Part shown: positions 18,781 to 32,399 of the stretch, one piece after another | How the letters are laid out: each line of letters starts with the position of its first letter | Position numbering within the stretch: position 1 is the stretch's first letter | Assembly: GCF_009914755.1 (NCBI RefSeq) | Contig: NC_060928.1 | Reading direction: 5' to 3' (one strand) | Source of the DNA: the human T2T-CHM13v2.0 reference genome, Homo sapiens | Length of the DNA: 64,000 bases | The notes under the pieces: generated by a model | The model's input: only the letters and a program-made list of their open reading frames with translations | What the model was told of the DNA's origin: nothing | Databases searched by the model: none | Translations under genes and position numbers: made by a program

Positions 18781-19229
18781 TGAGAAATAATGTTCTGTAA
18801 CTTTCAACAGTGGAACAGAAGAGTAGATCTGTTTTTCGTTCCTTGATTGTCCGTTCACAGTTAAACATATTTACACATTGCTCTTGCTGCTTGAGATGCC
18901 TGATGGCAACATGTTAGTCATTTTCTCACTTAACTCATTATACCATTTAAGCATCCTGAATCACACTACTCCATCAGCTTACATCATGTCAAGTATCATG
19001 TCAGCTGGAACTTTATATCTAAAAGTTTACAACAGTTTCTAAACTAGCCCCAGTCTATGCATCAGAAAACAAACTACAAGTGAGAAGAAAGAGAATAGAA
19101 AATAGCTTGTTCTCAATATTGACACATTAATTAAAAATAAAAGGTCTAACTTGTTAAGTTAGAATGTTTTCTTCTGCAAGACTTTTAACATATTAGCCAT
19201 TTTTGTTTGTAATTATTTCAATAACTAAA

Positions 19230-19420
19230 ATCACAATACATTTTGAGCATTTATGGTGTGCCAGGTGCTGATACTTCATATATTATCTTATTTATTCCTC
19301 CGAGAAATCCCTTAAGAAGTCTGAACTTTCTAAGAGACCTGCACTGGTTCACACAGCTCATTGGCAAAGCCTGTATCACATCCTGGACTAAATTACTGCA
19401 CAGTCTGAGCTATAAAGCAC
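19230..19420 (-). mobile_element. MIR
   Basis: ACATTTTGAGCATTTATGGTGTGCCAGGTGCTG..ATTATCTTATTTATTCCTC..TCACACAGCT. Confidence 0.65.
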
Positions 19421-19569
19421 TAGGCTGTGTCCCCTGATGTCTCTGGATATAATTTCAAAAACATTTAAAGTAGCCTCTTATTATTATATGGAAGCTTAGG
19501 TGACTACAAGGAGAGTGCTTATGCCTTAGTTATTCATTTTGGCTTGAAGTCCTTAAAATAAGAGTAATA

Positions 19570-19725
19570 AACCAACAGGTCACAGGCCATATCCAACTCA
19601 TAGATGTACTTTGTTTGGCCCAAGAAATGCTGCAAAACTGTTAAATTTATGATGACTATTTTAAAATATAAGAATATTTATAAAATCTGGATTTCTGGCT
19701 TCTCTTGAAAAATCAGACCACCTAT
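19570..19725. mobile_element. hAT DNA transposon relic (MER102-like)
   Basis: AGATGTACTTTGTTTGGCCC ... AAAATCTGGATTTCTGGCTTCTCTTGAAAAATCAGA. Confidence 0.6.
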
Positions 19726-22212
19726 CTTAAATACAGGAAATTGTCACTTAAAAGAATGTACTGATGTTTTACAACTACATTTATGAGAAAGATAAGAAAA
19801 TATGTCAGGTACTTAATAATCTGTCTACTCTTCTGAGGTTAGCGGATACTCTTAGTTCTGCCACTTTGCATTCTTTTTTTTCCTAAATGTGCAGACTCAA
19901 CATACATTGATCAGAAGGCTGGATATGTTATGCGTTTTAGAAGCAACTCTGCACACTGGGATATCAGGACTTCAAATGATTAGTAACATTTGCTTTTAAT
20001 TTAAAAAATGTATTCATTTAATAGTTGGGCCATTAAAAAGTACCTCTGTAAAATGAAGTACTGTGGCTTCACTTTCTATAAGTAAAAACAGTTCCATCAG
20101 GTGGCTGTCTGTTACATCAGAAATCAATGTGTTCTGTCTAATTTGTCTCTGTTATTTCCAGGGTCAGGTTCCTTCATCTTCAATTACTTAGTCTTACCGT
20201 GATATATAACAGAGTCAAGTGTTATAGCTATTATTCAGAAAGTCTGTTTCTTAAGAAGTAATACAGGGTACATAATATCCTTAAATATGCCCAGCCTTCT
20301 CCAACTAAGACAAATTGTTTAAAGCTTCTATAATATTTAAGATTCAGAACACTGGATTTCAACTTCCTCCAAAACAATTCATTAAATCTTAGAATGCATA
20401 GGTTAGTGCCATATGATGACTTTTCTGACAAATAATAAAATATTTCAAGAGCTTGATGGGAGAAGTTGGATTAAAATGGTAAATTTAAATATTTTAATGG
20501 ATTACAAACTACCATTCTCAACAATCACTATGTATGCACATACATAAACACATTCAACTGCTCACCACATTATGTATGCGTGTGTGACACATACACATAA
20601 ATACATTCATACACAACTGGTTGTCTAAAACTCAGATTTAGAAAGCTCAGAAAAGTACCAAGAAAAAAGAGAAGGCACGTCAGGAGATATCTCTGAGTCA
20701 GTAGAAGGGAAGATAGAAGTTCAGGGTGCTAAAATTGTATACTCAATGAATATAAACCAAATGATTTATATATTTTAATATATCCAATGGTATCATAACC
20801 AAATTCTACCTTATGCTCCAGCCCCCTCACATGAGCCTTCAGACCATAATCAAAACATATTGATTTCATAGTTTATACTTAATTCCATTGACACTGGAAA
20901 TTTAATTTCTCACACCATAGCAAATTGGAAGTAGTGATCACAAGTCTATAGTTACCTTAAGTAGTCACACTGTCAACAGAGGATTGACCTTGGGAGGAGA
21001 TAGAATTATTTTATATAAGAATATAATAAAAATCTGACAATGATTTTAGCATATAATGTTTAAGAGATAAAGAAAAACAAACCAAAAGAGTTACATTTTT
21101 AATTTTATTACTTCAAAACATACACATACTCACCCTGAAAAATTAACTTGTATGGTTTTCCCAAAAACGCTAAGTATATGAGACATTGCTTCATTTAATT
21201 TTCTTTATTTTTCTATGTGGTATATTTTAGTATTCAGCTGTTACTTGATTACTATTTTATGTTTTACAAATTATAAAAAGCTATTTGTAACCCATATTTT
21301 AAAGTATTCTCTTAAAGACTACATAGCCATCATGAATCTTTTTGAGAACAATGATTCACTAAGCAGTTGGTATTTTAACTTTCATGTTGCTCTATGGCAA
21401 ATACAGATATATTTGAGTATCTTATTGTCATTCTGCATAAAAATTCCAATTTTCAGTTAAATTACTCCACATCACTCAAAAGTAAAGATAAATTAGGAAC
21501 ATTAATATCATTTTAAGAAATATTTAAGATATCATTTTAAGAAATATTCTGTCAGTAATAACAATATTATTAATTCAAGAAAGTAGTTAGAGCTCATGGT
21601 TAAAGAGGACACATACTTTGAACAACTAAAACCATTTGTGTTTTTTGCAAAGTCTTTTGTGGCAAAATCAGAACAAACACTTGTTAGGGAAGATGACATT
21701 AATGATGATTTATAGTGGTGTTCAGGAGCAATCAAAACTAGAAGATTCTAAGAAGTCAAAAAAAAGAAAAAAGAAAGAAAAAAAAAGGAAGTAAGGAAAC
21801 TTTACTCTTCAAATTGGAAGTAAGATCCTATTTGCTGAATGTGTATCTTAAACCCACTATCCTAAGACTTTTGTTCGCATAAATACAAACACAAAATAAA
21901 ATGAATTGGTTTTGAACAACTGTTAGACCATAATCAGATTAAGCAATTAATACAATTCTTTTTTAAATGTGATGAGAATTAGTGAAAATAAATATGTGGA
22001 GGCAATTTGTAAGGAAATATAAAAGTTTTACTAAGCTATATATTTATTTTATAAAGCATTATAAAATATTCATCTTAACTTTTATTGTGGTATTTATGTA
22101 CACTTTCACTTAACATATTTTGTTAAATCAATGAGTGAATCACAAAACACAGAAAATCTCTTTTTTTCTTAATGTTTTTATATTAAGCACATTGCCTGTG
22201 CTGATTATACGG

Positions 22213-22329
22213 TGCTATTGGCTGAATGTTTGTTCCCCTCCTGAATTCAGACATTGAAATTGAATACCCAATGTGATGGCATTTGAAGGTGGAGTATCTG
22301 GGAGGTGATTAGATAATAAGGGTGGAGCC
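22213..22329 (+). mobile_element. MaLR LTR 5' fragment (MLT1A/MSTD-like)
   Basis: TGCTATTGGCTGAATGTTTGTTCCCCTCC..CCCAATGTGATGGCATTTGAAGGTGG..GGGAGGTGATTAGAT..GGGTGGAGCC. Confidence 0.75.
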
Positions 22330-22334
22330 ACAAC

Positions 22335-22680
22335 TGTTATCTCATGCTGTATAACAAATTACCCTATAATTTAGTAGCTTGGATAAATAATTGTATTATC
22401 TCTCATGGTTTCTGTGGGTCAGAAATTCGAGAGCAACTTGGCTGTATGGTTCTGGCTTAAGAACTCTCCTGAGTTTGCAATCAGATATCAGTCAGGGCTG
22501 AAGTCACTTGAAGGCTTAACTGGGTTGGAGGATGTCCTTTCAAGATGTCCCAGTCACATGTCTATTGGTAGAGGGTCTCAGTTCCTTTCCACCTAAACCC
22601 CTCCACAGGTCTGCTTGAGTGTCCTGACAATATAGTGGCTGAGTTTCCCTTAGCCCAAGACATCAAGATAGAAGTGGCAG
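22335..22680 (-). mobile_element. MaLR LTR (MLT1F/G/H-like)
   Basis: GCTGTATAACAAATTACCC..GGTTTCTGTGGGTCAGAAATTC..CTGCTTGAGTGTCCTGACAATATAGTGGCTG. Confidence 0.75.
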
Positions 22681-22689
22681 TGCCCCTTT

Positions 22690-22860
22690 CTCTGGACTCC
22701 CTTATTGGCGCTGTGTTGGCCTGGGTGTGGTAGCTTCTCAATTGGTCACTGGAGTTCTCAGAAAGGTAGTCTGGTCCATATAGTGTTGTTATCTCTGTGT
22801 CTCTGTGGGGGAATGCACGCCTGAAATTTCAGTCCACCATCTTGCTGCCAGTGTCACTTT
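22690..22860 (-). mobile_element. Old L1M extreme 5' end
   Basis: Minus strand reads AGTGACACTGGCAGCAAGATGGTGGACTG, an L1M-type 5' terminus with a YY1-like CAAGATGG. Confidence 0.55.
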
Positions 22861-23019
22861 TCTAACCTCTCCAGCTACAAAAATGTTTTTAGAAGTATTT
22901 ACTGATTTGAAGGTCTCTTGCCTTAAGGACACTCATAACTATGTAAGAACAATCTATACCAGAATCAGAATATTGTCACCAAATGAACTACGTTAAGTTG
23001 TTTATGAAAGAAAATGTGA

Positions 23020-23360
<341 letters not shown>

Positions 23361-23869
23361 TCATGGAGCTCAGGAATATGGGGAAGAGACTAGTGATAAT
23401 GTTTATGCTTTTACTCAATAAAGATAAAATTACATTAATATTATTACCTAAGCAAGTCTGTTTCCATGTTCAGGAAATGGTTTGTCAAGTTCTGTCTTCA
23501 ATAGGGTAAACATAGATAGTGTTCAACAATCACGTTAAATTGTAAAATTTAGGCCCAAGGATATTCCTTCATGACTTTAGGCCTTGTAGAGGTTCATATC
23601 TGGTTTCATATCAATGAGTTTTATTATTTATCAGATTCTCTACTGTCACACAAAAATTCAAATGCTTAACTTTTCAACCTGTTTTCTTTATTTGTCCTAA
23701 GCAAGATTTAAGTCCATATTTTGTTGAGGCAACTTTTTAATACTTAGGATAATGGGAATTAATAGACACATGGATAGTATAAAACCACAGATGATCAAAA
23801 TTTGTAGTTTCTATCAGTAAAAAAATATGAGTTCTTTGACCCTCATCAACTATGTTCATTTGCCCTGAA

Positions 23870-24050
23870 AGAAGTCATGAAAAAGTAAAGAGGAGAGATG
23901 AAAGAGGGCAGAAATGAGGAATGAAGACAGAGAAAGAGGGAGAAAGAAGAAAGTGAGAGAGAGGGAGTGATGCTGGGGAGTGAAGGGAGAATGAACAAAA
24001 AATAAGTAAATAAGGAAACAGGAGGAAAAGAAGAAGATGAGGCAGAATGC
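23870..24050. repeat. GA-rich low-complexity tract
   Basis: Near-pure purine strand (GAGAAAGAGGGAGAAAGAAGAAAG...). Confidence 0.75.
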
Positions 24051-25374
24051 AGGGGTATCAAGAAGATTCAGTTATACTACCATCAACAAAAACTGCAAGA
24101 AGTTACAGAGAAATATCCCATACCATGATGTGTTATATGTAGCATAGTACAGTCGATAGAGTAGATAGTAGTAGAACATCAACCATTATTCTGGGTGATC
24201 ATTCATTAGTTCATCTTTTGAACATAGACTTAGTGCAAGGCATTGTAACACGTATGGCTATAGAATTAAGAAAATAGAAAAAAACATTTCTTATTTTGAT
24301 TCAGCTATATCAGTTTTAGGGGAAGAATGGGCTAATAATTTGACAATAAACATTTTGAATATATCTTTACAGATGACTATTGAAGAAAATCAATATTATA
24401 AAATTGAAGAAATATCAATATTGTATGATCATGATATTTATCAGTCATTTCTTCAAATATTTTACATTCATAATATGGCAAAAATGAATCAAATGTCAAA
24501 ATATTCAGAATAAAAGTATAGAATACATTTTCATGCCACACAACAAATGTAGGGCATTATACTTATGTCAGTCAGAATCATGTTCCAACTAAGCCTTCAC
24601 TGACACATTTAAATCACATTTGTCTTATTAACGCATCTTTAGAAAACATGTCCAGTAAGTTGCATTTAAACACATTTTTTTTCGCACATGGGGATTTAAA
24701 ATATAATGCAAAGAATAGTAATTATGCAAACAAAGCCATTTTTAAATTTAAGTTGAAGGCTATATGGGACCATGTAAGAAGTGTCTACAAACTCTATTCA
24801 CCCAGTGAAGAGCCAGAACAGGCTCTGGGCTTGCAAAAAAAAGGGCCTGTGCTGTTGAGATAAATTGCATTACCTAACACTGTGTGTACTGTAAATGTGG
24901 GCAGATAATGTGGGCTAGAAACATTATTTCATCCATGGAGCATATGGTAATTATATCCACATTAAAGCACTTTTGCTCATCAGACACATGCACACATATT
25001 TGCTGCTGATGGGGTCCATCTGACACCAAGAGATCCCTCACAGATCTGGGCTCATCAGTACATTTCTCTCTATGTGCATCTCCTACCTACGGGGCTGCTA
25101 TGGCTCTTCTTAAATGACTTCTCCTCCCCGCAACTCCGTGCACAGAAGATTACAACATAAACACGGCACCAGAACAGAAGTTTACAGTTTCAGGAGAGGA
25201 AGTGAGTCTGGTGGTTTTTATCAACTATTGTTTCCTCTGAGCGTAGTCTGAAGTGGCCACTTTTGAGTATTTATCTGGCACGGCCCATGACATAAAATCC
25301 TAGAGTGCCACAGAATTAGTGGCCCAAATTCAAACAAAAGACAGACTTCGGGTGTTGAGCCACCCCACAAGGCT

Positions 25375-25580
25375 ATAGTAAATGTTTTCTATGTGCTGTA
25401 CTCTACACTGAGTATATAAATGTGTTTTCTCTTTAAATCCTTACAACAGTCCTGCATGATATAAATAATTATCTGTACCAACAGATGGGAAGACTGAGGT
25501 TCAGAAAGGATAGGTAACTGGCCTACAATCAGTATTCAAACCCTGGACAGTCAGAATTTATGCTCTTTCCACTGGACTCC
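25375..25580 (-). mobile_element. MIR
   Basis: TTTAAATCCTTACAACAGTCCTG..ACAGATGGGAAGACTGAGGTTCAGAAAGG..GTAACTGGCC..ATTCAAACCC. Confidence 0.8.
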
Positions 25581-26353
25581 ACAGAGGCCATAAGAATTGA
25601 AAAAATAATTATGCCTCCACCCAAATATGTAATTCAAAATAAAATAGTGCTTTTTAAAACATCACAAAATTACCATGTAAGCTGAAATTAAAAATACCTC
25701 TATTGTAGATCTCTGTTTATAAAGTCCTGGATAAATTCATTGAAGGTGGGCTTTTAACACTCTATTTCCATTTAGTTCTCCTGTTTGCTGGTGCCCTGAG
25801 TTGAATACATGGCAGCCTGATGGGAAGTCTGGCATTGAATTCTTCCATATTGCTGCCTTAGAGGAAGATATCTTAATACGCTGCTTATAAGACAAATAGT
25901 CCTGATCCTCATGTGCTCTCACTGGGGTTTTAGGCTTTTCCTGCCTAAGAGTCAACTAAAGTCGCATTTGGCGTGCTTATTTTGATGCTTGCCCAGATCT
26001 CTGTGGGGCTTAAACAGATTAAGCCCTCCTCATAGCCAGATTGTCGGTATTTAATGCTCCATTACTCAGCCTTCTGCAGGGGCCCAGAAGTCAGGTTGGC
26101 AGAACAGTGCCTAGGGAGCGAGTAACGTAGATACAAGTCCAGTCTCAATGCTCTCCAGAGCCAAATGTGTCAGGGTGACTCCTAAATAGGAAACACGTGC
26201 TTTCCAGGAAATGTGATGTGGAAAAGTCCATACATCAGACATGTCTTCATGTTTTGTTTGGCCATTAGGGGATCAAAGGCCAGATGATTTTCACAAGCAC
26301 TGTGCCATGTGCCCCTTTTCAAGCTAAATGCTGACAATCAATGTATTTGGTGG

Positions 26354-26849
26354 TGTCGGAAGACAAAGCTTTTGCGTTTCTGCACATCTTACAGAGGCAC
26401 TGACTCCCTTTGTTCTGGAGTATCATTTCAAGAATGTTGGTTTAGCAAACAGTGTGGAAAGAAAGAAATAATGTCTCCCTCCAGAGTAATGGGCAGGTTT
26501 GATTACTATCCAGTATAATAAAAATAATGTCTCCCTGCAGAGCTAAGGCAGGCAGCCTTACTGCCCATTATAAAAGATTTGGGTTCTCTAGGGTCAGAAT
26601 TCCTCTTTAATAAAACAACCTAGTTCTTGCATAGGTGCCACCTGGCTTCTTCACTATGTCCCGTATGCCTTGGGGCTCAGGCATTAGTACAAAAATGATG
26701 ATATTCTGGCTATTGTTATTGCTGTGAGTAATAAACTTTTGTCTTGGACACAGGAGTCTCAGGTCTTCTACTCACATTTATGAAACTCGCAGGCTAACTT
26801 GGTACCTTGCAAGTAGGGTAAAATCTCAGACCTGTCAAAGTTTTTGACA
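26354..26849 (+). mobile_element. Solo ERVL-class LTR (MER76-like)
   Basis: TGTC...GACA termini; 5-bp TSD GGTGG/GGTAG; TATAAAA near 26569; AATAAA near 26730; 3' end TTGCAAGTAGGGTAAAATCTCAGACC; internal repeat AAATAATGTCTCCCT(C/G)CAGAG twice. Confidence 0.8.
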
Positions 26850-27544
26850 GGTAGTTTTCAGCCCTTATCATTTTATAACGGTGTATGTATATGTTACATG
26901 TCTGAATGTGTGTGTGTGTGCTGTTTCTTAATCTACCTGTCAATCTATGTGTTTATGTATAATAATATATCTATACTCTTATGTACAAATATGTGTGCAA
27001 AAATATTGTTTAATAATTTGTAATGTGACAGTTGAATCTTCATCACTTGAAAAAAAGTGCCTACTTCTGCATAACCTACTTATAAAAACGTAACTGAGAA
27101 CTACATTTATTTCCTTTAAAATTTTATCTTTATACGTGCAATTATTACCAATTATCGTAACAATAACTAGCCCTTGGACTTCAAAGAAAATAAAACAATT
27201 GAACTTTTTGTAAAATTACAGAGCACATAAATGCCCCTTCAAATTGTGCGTTAGCAAATCCTGTTATAATTTTAAGTCTTAGGCTTTTACTGCTTGTCTT
27301 AAAAAACAATTTCGTATAGTGTTATGAGTGGTAGTAATAATAAACACAATCGTGGTATTTTAGAGTAAGGACAGTGAAAGATACCTATTTTCAATCTCTA
27401 TACAACACCTGAATCCCTCTGTATAATATCACCAAAGAGTAATTTCCAAAATACTCAAGTTCTATCTTCAATATATTTGTTTCTCCAAATTTTACACCTG
27501 ATTCTGCTTCCATTGGAATCAAATTTCTAATACAGATTCCAGTA

Positions 27545-27697
27545 TCAGAACTGACATTTTTCAGCTTGGTGACTTGTGAAATCTACCTAACTCTTTCAAC
27601 CTCAGTTTTCTCACCTGTATAACGGGCATAATAATGGTTGCTTCATTGTCTGATGTGGAAGTAAAATGAGATTTAGCACATAGAAAGTGCTCAGGAG
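27545..27697 (+). mobile_element. MIR (target of the AluYa5)
   Basis: GTGACTTG..CCTAACTCTTTCAACCTCAGTTTTCTCACCTGTATAACGGGCATAATAAT..TAAAATGAGAT..AAAGTGCTCAG. Confidence 0.8.
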
Positions 27698-28043
<346 letters not shown>

Positions 28044-28921
28044 TCATATTTGCAGGTGATAGTATTGCCATTTCCTAGTGTTAAGGCGATAGTTGGGCCC
28101 AATGTGCACCACTCTGCAATGTACCTTATTCCACCCAAATTCAAATTAACACAGCCTTGGTTTCAATACTCTGTGATTGTAGTTTTTGGTTCAATTTTGA
28201 TTTGAAGACAGTATGACACTTCTGCATGGAAAATGGAGTCTTTAATCTTCGACAAGTTATTAAGTTAATGTTAAGATCCTCTACCTGATTGCCTTTGTTC
28301 AATATGACTGTAATTCTCACATGGCATCCTAGGTTTCTAAGATTGAAAAAAAAAGAAAAATCTCATAATTTATTAAAATTAGGTCTAAATTGTTACTAAA
28401 AAATACAATTCAGATTGTAGAGCTATTCACGTAGCTTACAATGTGTATACTTAGAATCTTACCAATGCTTTCTACTTGACTATATTTTATGTATTTCAGA
28501 TATGAAAAAGTCTGTATTTGAGTGCATCCTGAATCTCTTACATTTTTGAACATGTATCCTCAATAAATATTCATGCACTCACTAGATACATATATACCCT
28601 ACTATATTAATGTTACATATACTATAAAACATATAAAACTGAATTTTGAAAAAAGGAGTTAAATTTGAAGTACAATATTAAGGTTCTAATTTACTAACTA
28701 TAGTTAATAATGCTGCGTATAAATCCTGCTTTCAAGTTGTCTTCTTGATCATTTCAAACTGCTGTGGCCATTTTCTCAAAAGATTTGATTATTGTTATCT
28801 TGCAATGTCATTGACAAAGAGATGGCAGTAGGAATAAATTCAGCATTGTTCTTTCCTTTGTTGGTTGCTTTTGGTTGCATTTCTGGTATTATTGTTAATC
28901 ATGATTTCCCTGTAGAGGTTG

Positions 28922-29543
28922 ATTTTTATTTTTTAATTTTTATTTTAAGTTTGGGGGAACATGTACAGGATGAGCTGGTTTGTTACATAGGTAAATATGG
29001 GTCAAGGGGGTTTGTTGTACAAACTATTTCATTAGTCAGGTATTATGCCTAGTACCTATTAGGTATTTTTCCTCCTCCTCCCATCCCCTGCCCCAGTGTG
29101 CATTGTTCCCCTCTATGTGTCCATGTGTTCTCATCATTTAGCTACAACTTATAAGTGAGAACATGCACTATTTGGTTTTCTGTTCCTGTGTTAGTTTGCT
29201 AAGGATGATGGCCTCCAGCTCCATCCAGGTCCCTGAAAAGGACATGATCTCGTTCTTTTTAATGGCTACATAGTATTCTATGGTGTATATGTACCACATT
29301 TTTTTATCCAGCCTATCATTGATGGACATTTAGGTTGTTTCTACATCTTTGCTATTGTGAATAGTGCTGCAGTGAACATACACATGCTTGTGTCTTTATA
29401 ACAGAATGATTTACATTCCTTTGGGTATATACCCAATAATGGGATTGCTGGGTCAAATGATATTTCTGTCTCTAGGTCTTTGAGGAATTGCCAAACTGTT
29501 TTCCACAATGGTTGAACTAATTTACACTCCCACCAATGGTGTA
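28922..29543 (-). mobile_element. 5'-truncated L1PA (PA13-16-like) 3' end
   Basis: T-rich tail, GGTTTGTTACATAGGTAAA..TTATAAGTGAGAACATGC..TTCCACAATGGTTGAACTAATTTACACTCCCACCAA. Confidence 0.9.
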
Positions 29544-32399
29544 ATGCATGTGTTTATTTTATGAGGTATGGTAATCCAAACTAGATAATAATTCATCTAT
29601 CAGCTTACCTACAATGCCTGGCAATATGCTCAAACCAACTGAGTGAGGATGCCACAGCCAATCTCTGCATGCTTTGGAACTCTGGAACTCTCACCTCAAC
29701 TTAATGTGACACATGACCTTCTCATCACCTGAGTAAGGGGATTAGTGCCAATCACTGTACTGAAAATTAACAAGTCTCATTCTCTTTCACAGTTCAAAAT
29801 GAACTATTGATATAAATTATATTTTCTTCTTGGAATCCCAGTGGGTGAATCCTGTTTCTTAACTTTGTGCTTGTTTCTGAAAATACATGTTGTGTTGTAT
29901 TACTCAGAGAGCTTCTTTAATCAGGTGTAGAACTTGGAATTGTGCCACATATGTGTAGGATCACACCTTTTATAAGAAGAGAAATGGCTGGACAGTGGTT
30001 ATATCATCTTTTGAGAGGGAGGACAATGAAGGCTAAGGTTACATGTGAAATAGTGGGAGCTGCGTGTCCTGCAGCCGCAGAGCCAGTGAAGGGCATGCAT
30101 ACATCATTGCATTTCACCAAATCAGACAACTAGTTCGGACATCTCAAGCTAAAAAATAAACCTCCTAGGAATCTAGTTGAGTTATGGAGCCCATCTACAT
30201 TGACAAAATGCACTGCAGATAAATTAGCACTCTCATCTTGTATCTAGGGGGACTGCACTTGTTACATTAGGTGACACAACACTGCATGGTGAGAAACCAG
30301 AAAATGAATGGTTTCTGGAATGTTTCATGGTACATGATTTGTCCCAGAAACCCTTTATGAAGCACCCCTCTGAGAAGCAATTTATAGCATGCATTAATTC
30401 AGTAGTAGCTGAGCAAAAATGAACAAGATTTCCCAGGGTGCTAAAGTTCCAGATTGTTTCTCAAAGAATGACATCAATTATTGTCACTTTTTTTTTGTCA
30501 GCTGTGAACCATGATTAATTGGAGACATCCAAATTTCTGCATGTCTTATGTCACAAACTTCTTTGTTTCCCATCTGTTTTGTCCAATGTTCACCAACAAG
30601 TTCCACTTATATCCTGTCAAAGCTAGGAAAAATGTCTCACAATGGATTGGAGGGAAACACTGAAGATGATGGAAATAATGATACATAAATGAATGGCAAA
30701 AACAATGATTTAGCAAAAAGGTAGCTTTGAAGTATTCAAAAGAGAGAGCTTATTAAGTTCTATTTTCTTCAGTAATGTATAAAATACAAAGACCTTCTGC
30801 TAGCTAATCAATTTACACATTGAGTCCTGTACCCACTAGAATCAGAAGTGTTCAGATTGCTTTAACTCCAGTAGAAATTGATAAATGATTGACCAAATAA
30901 TGTAAAAACATTAGTGGGAGTGAAAAGTTAATATGAAGCCTCTGAGCAGAATGAAACCTGTTTTATTTATTTATTTTTGAAGCAAGAAAATAACCCTGCA
31001 TTATCCAGCAGATTATACATGGAAAATAATTGTCTATCCCAGGCTTTTTGAGGTTTCCGGTCATTTAATACTCTTAACTAACCCCCATCAAACATGTTCA
31101 CAAATAAAATCCTTTCTAATCCACCTAAATCCTTTTTGGAAAATGGAAGGTTTATTTAAAAAAAAAAATAAAGATGCCATGCTTTGCAGCCCTATATCAA
31201 TGTTTACTGTTGCTAACGTGTATCCAGGGCACTTGCATCCCAAGCCCTGAGCCTCCAGATGGATGACTTGATGCTATGCACAGGCTCTGAGTTTCGCTAG
31301 GTGCTTATGGTATTTCCAGAATTGGTGGTGCCCTCATAAGCTGCAACAAATGGACTATCCAAGGATAAGACATATTTCCCAGGATTTTTGTGCATTTTGT
31401 TTGTTGGAATTTGATATTTTTAGCAAAACATCAAAGAAACAGTGAAATTAGCCCTCAAAGATTTCTCAGGTCCTGGAATAAAGGAATCAAAATAATCATT
31501 GTTAATATGTGAGTTGATACAGTTGATATTCAAGGGAGATTTTATTTGAAACACACTGAGGTTTTTAAATGATTCTCACTAACTTTCTGCCTTAGGCAGC
31601 TGAGCAAATTGCAACTGATCATGGGCTTAGAGCAGGAAGAGACTGAGGTCAAACTCTGCACGACATATAAGTAAGTTAATTACAATAAAAACTAATAAAT
31701 GAAATTTAATAAGGCTATATCTCTTAGTATTATGAGTATTAAGAAGTTTCCTGTTGTTTTTAAATGTGCTATATTTAAGTGGAAGAGAAAAATAGTGTCT
31801 CCCTCCAGGGTAAAGGGCAGGTTTTCCCACAGGGATTGATCTACCCAGAGCTATGGCTCAGGATCAGCAATCACTTACCCTACCACTTATAGATTACAGA
31901 AAAAAATAAGGCTGAGAGCTCTTGATATTTAGTTGAATTTCCCAGACTAACCTATATCACTGAATAAGTAAGTGAGATTTGAAACACTTTACTATTACCT
32001 TTCATAGCCTTTGAAAAAGTTTTAAGTTAAAAGTGGAAGGCATGGTAAGAGGCTAAAGTCAGAAAACAATCCTTATTCAATTCATTCAAAAAAATCTTTA
32101 TTGGATGTACATTATGTGCCAGCCACTATTCAATTACCCAAGCTTACAACCTAATTTTATCTCAATCATAAACATCAATAATTTTTCAGTATTTTAATAT
32201 ATACTGAATTTTTCAGAATCATAACTACCATTTTGAGAAATGATTGTTCTTTGTTTCATTTTACGCTTGGTTTGGAAGTTTTCCAAGAGTTGCTCACCAT
32301 TTCTCAAATCATTTTAAAGATGGCAATGCTGCTCATGGCCTGTCAGCTGCCAATACAGCACACCTGGATCAGTCTGAATTTGAACTGTCCCATTCACAT

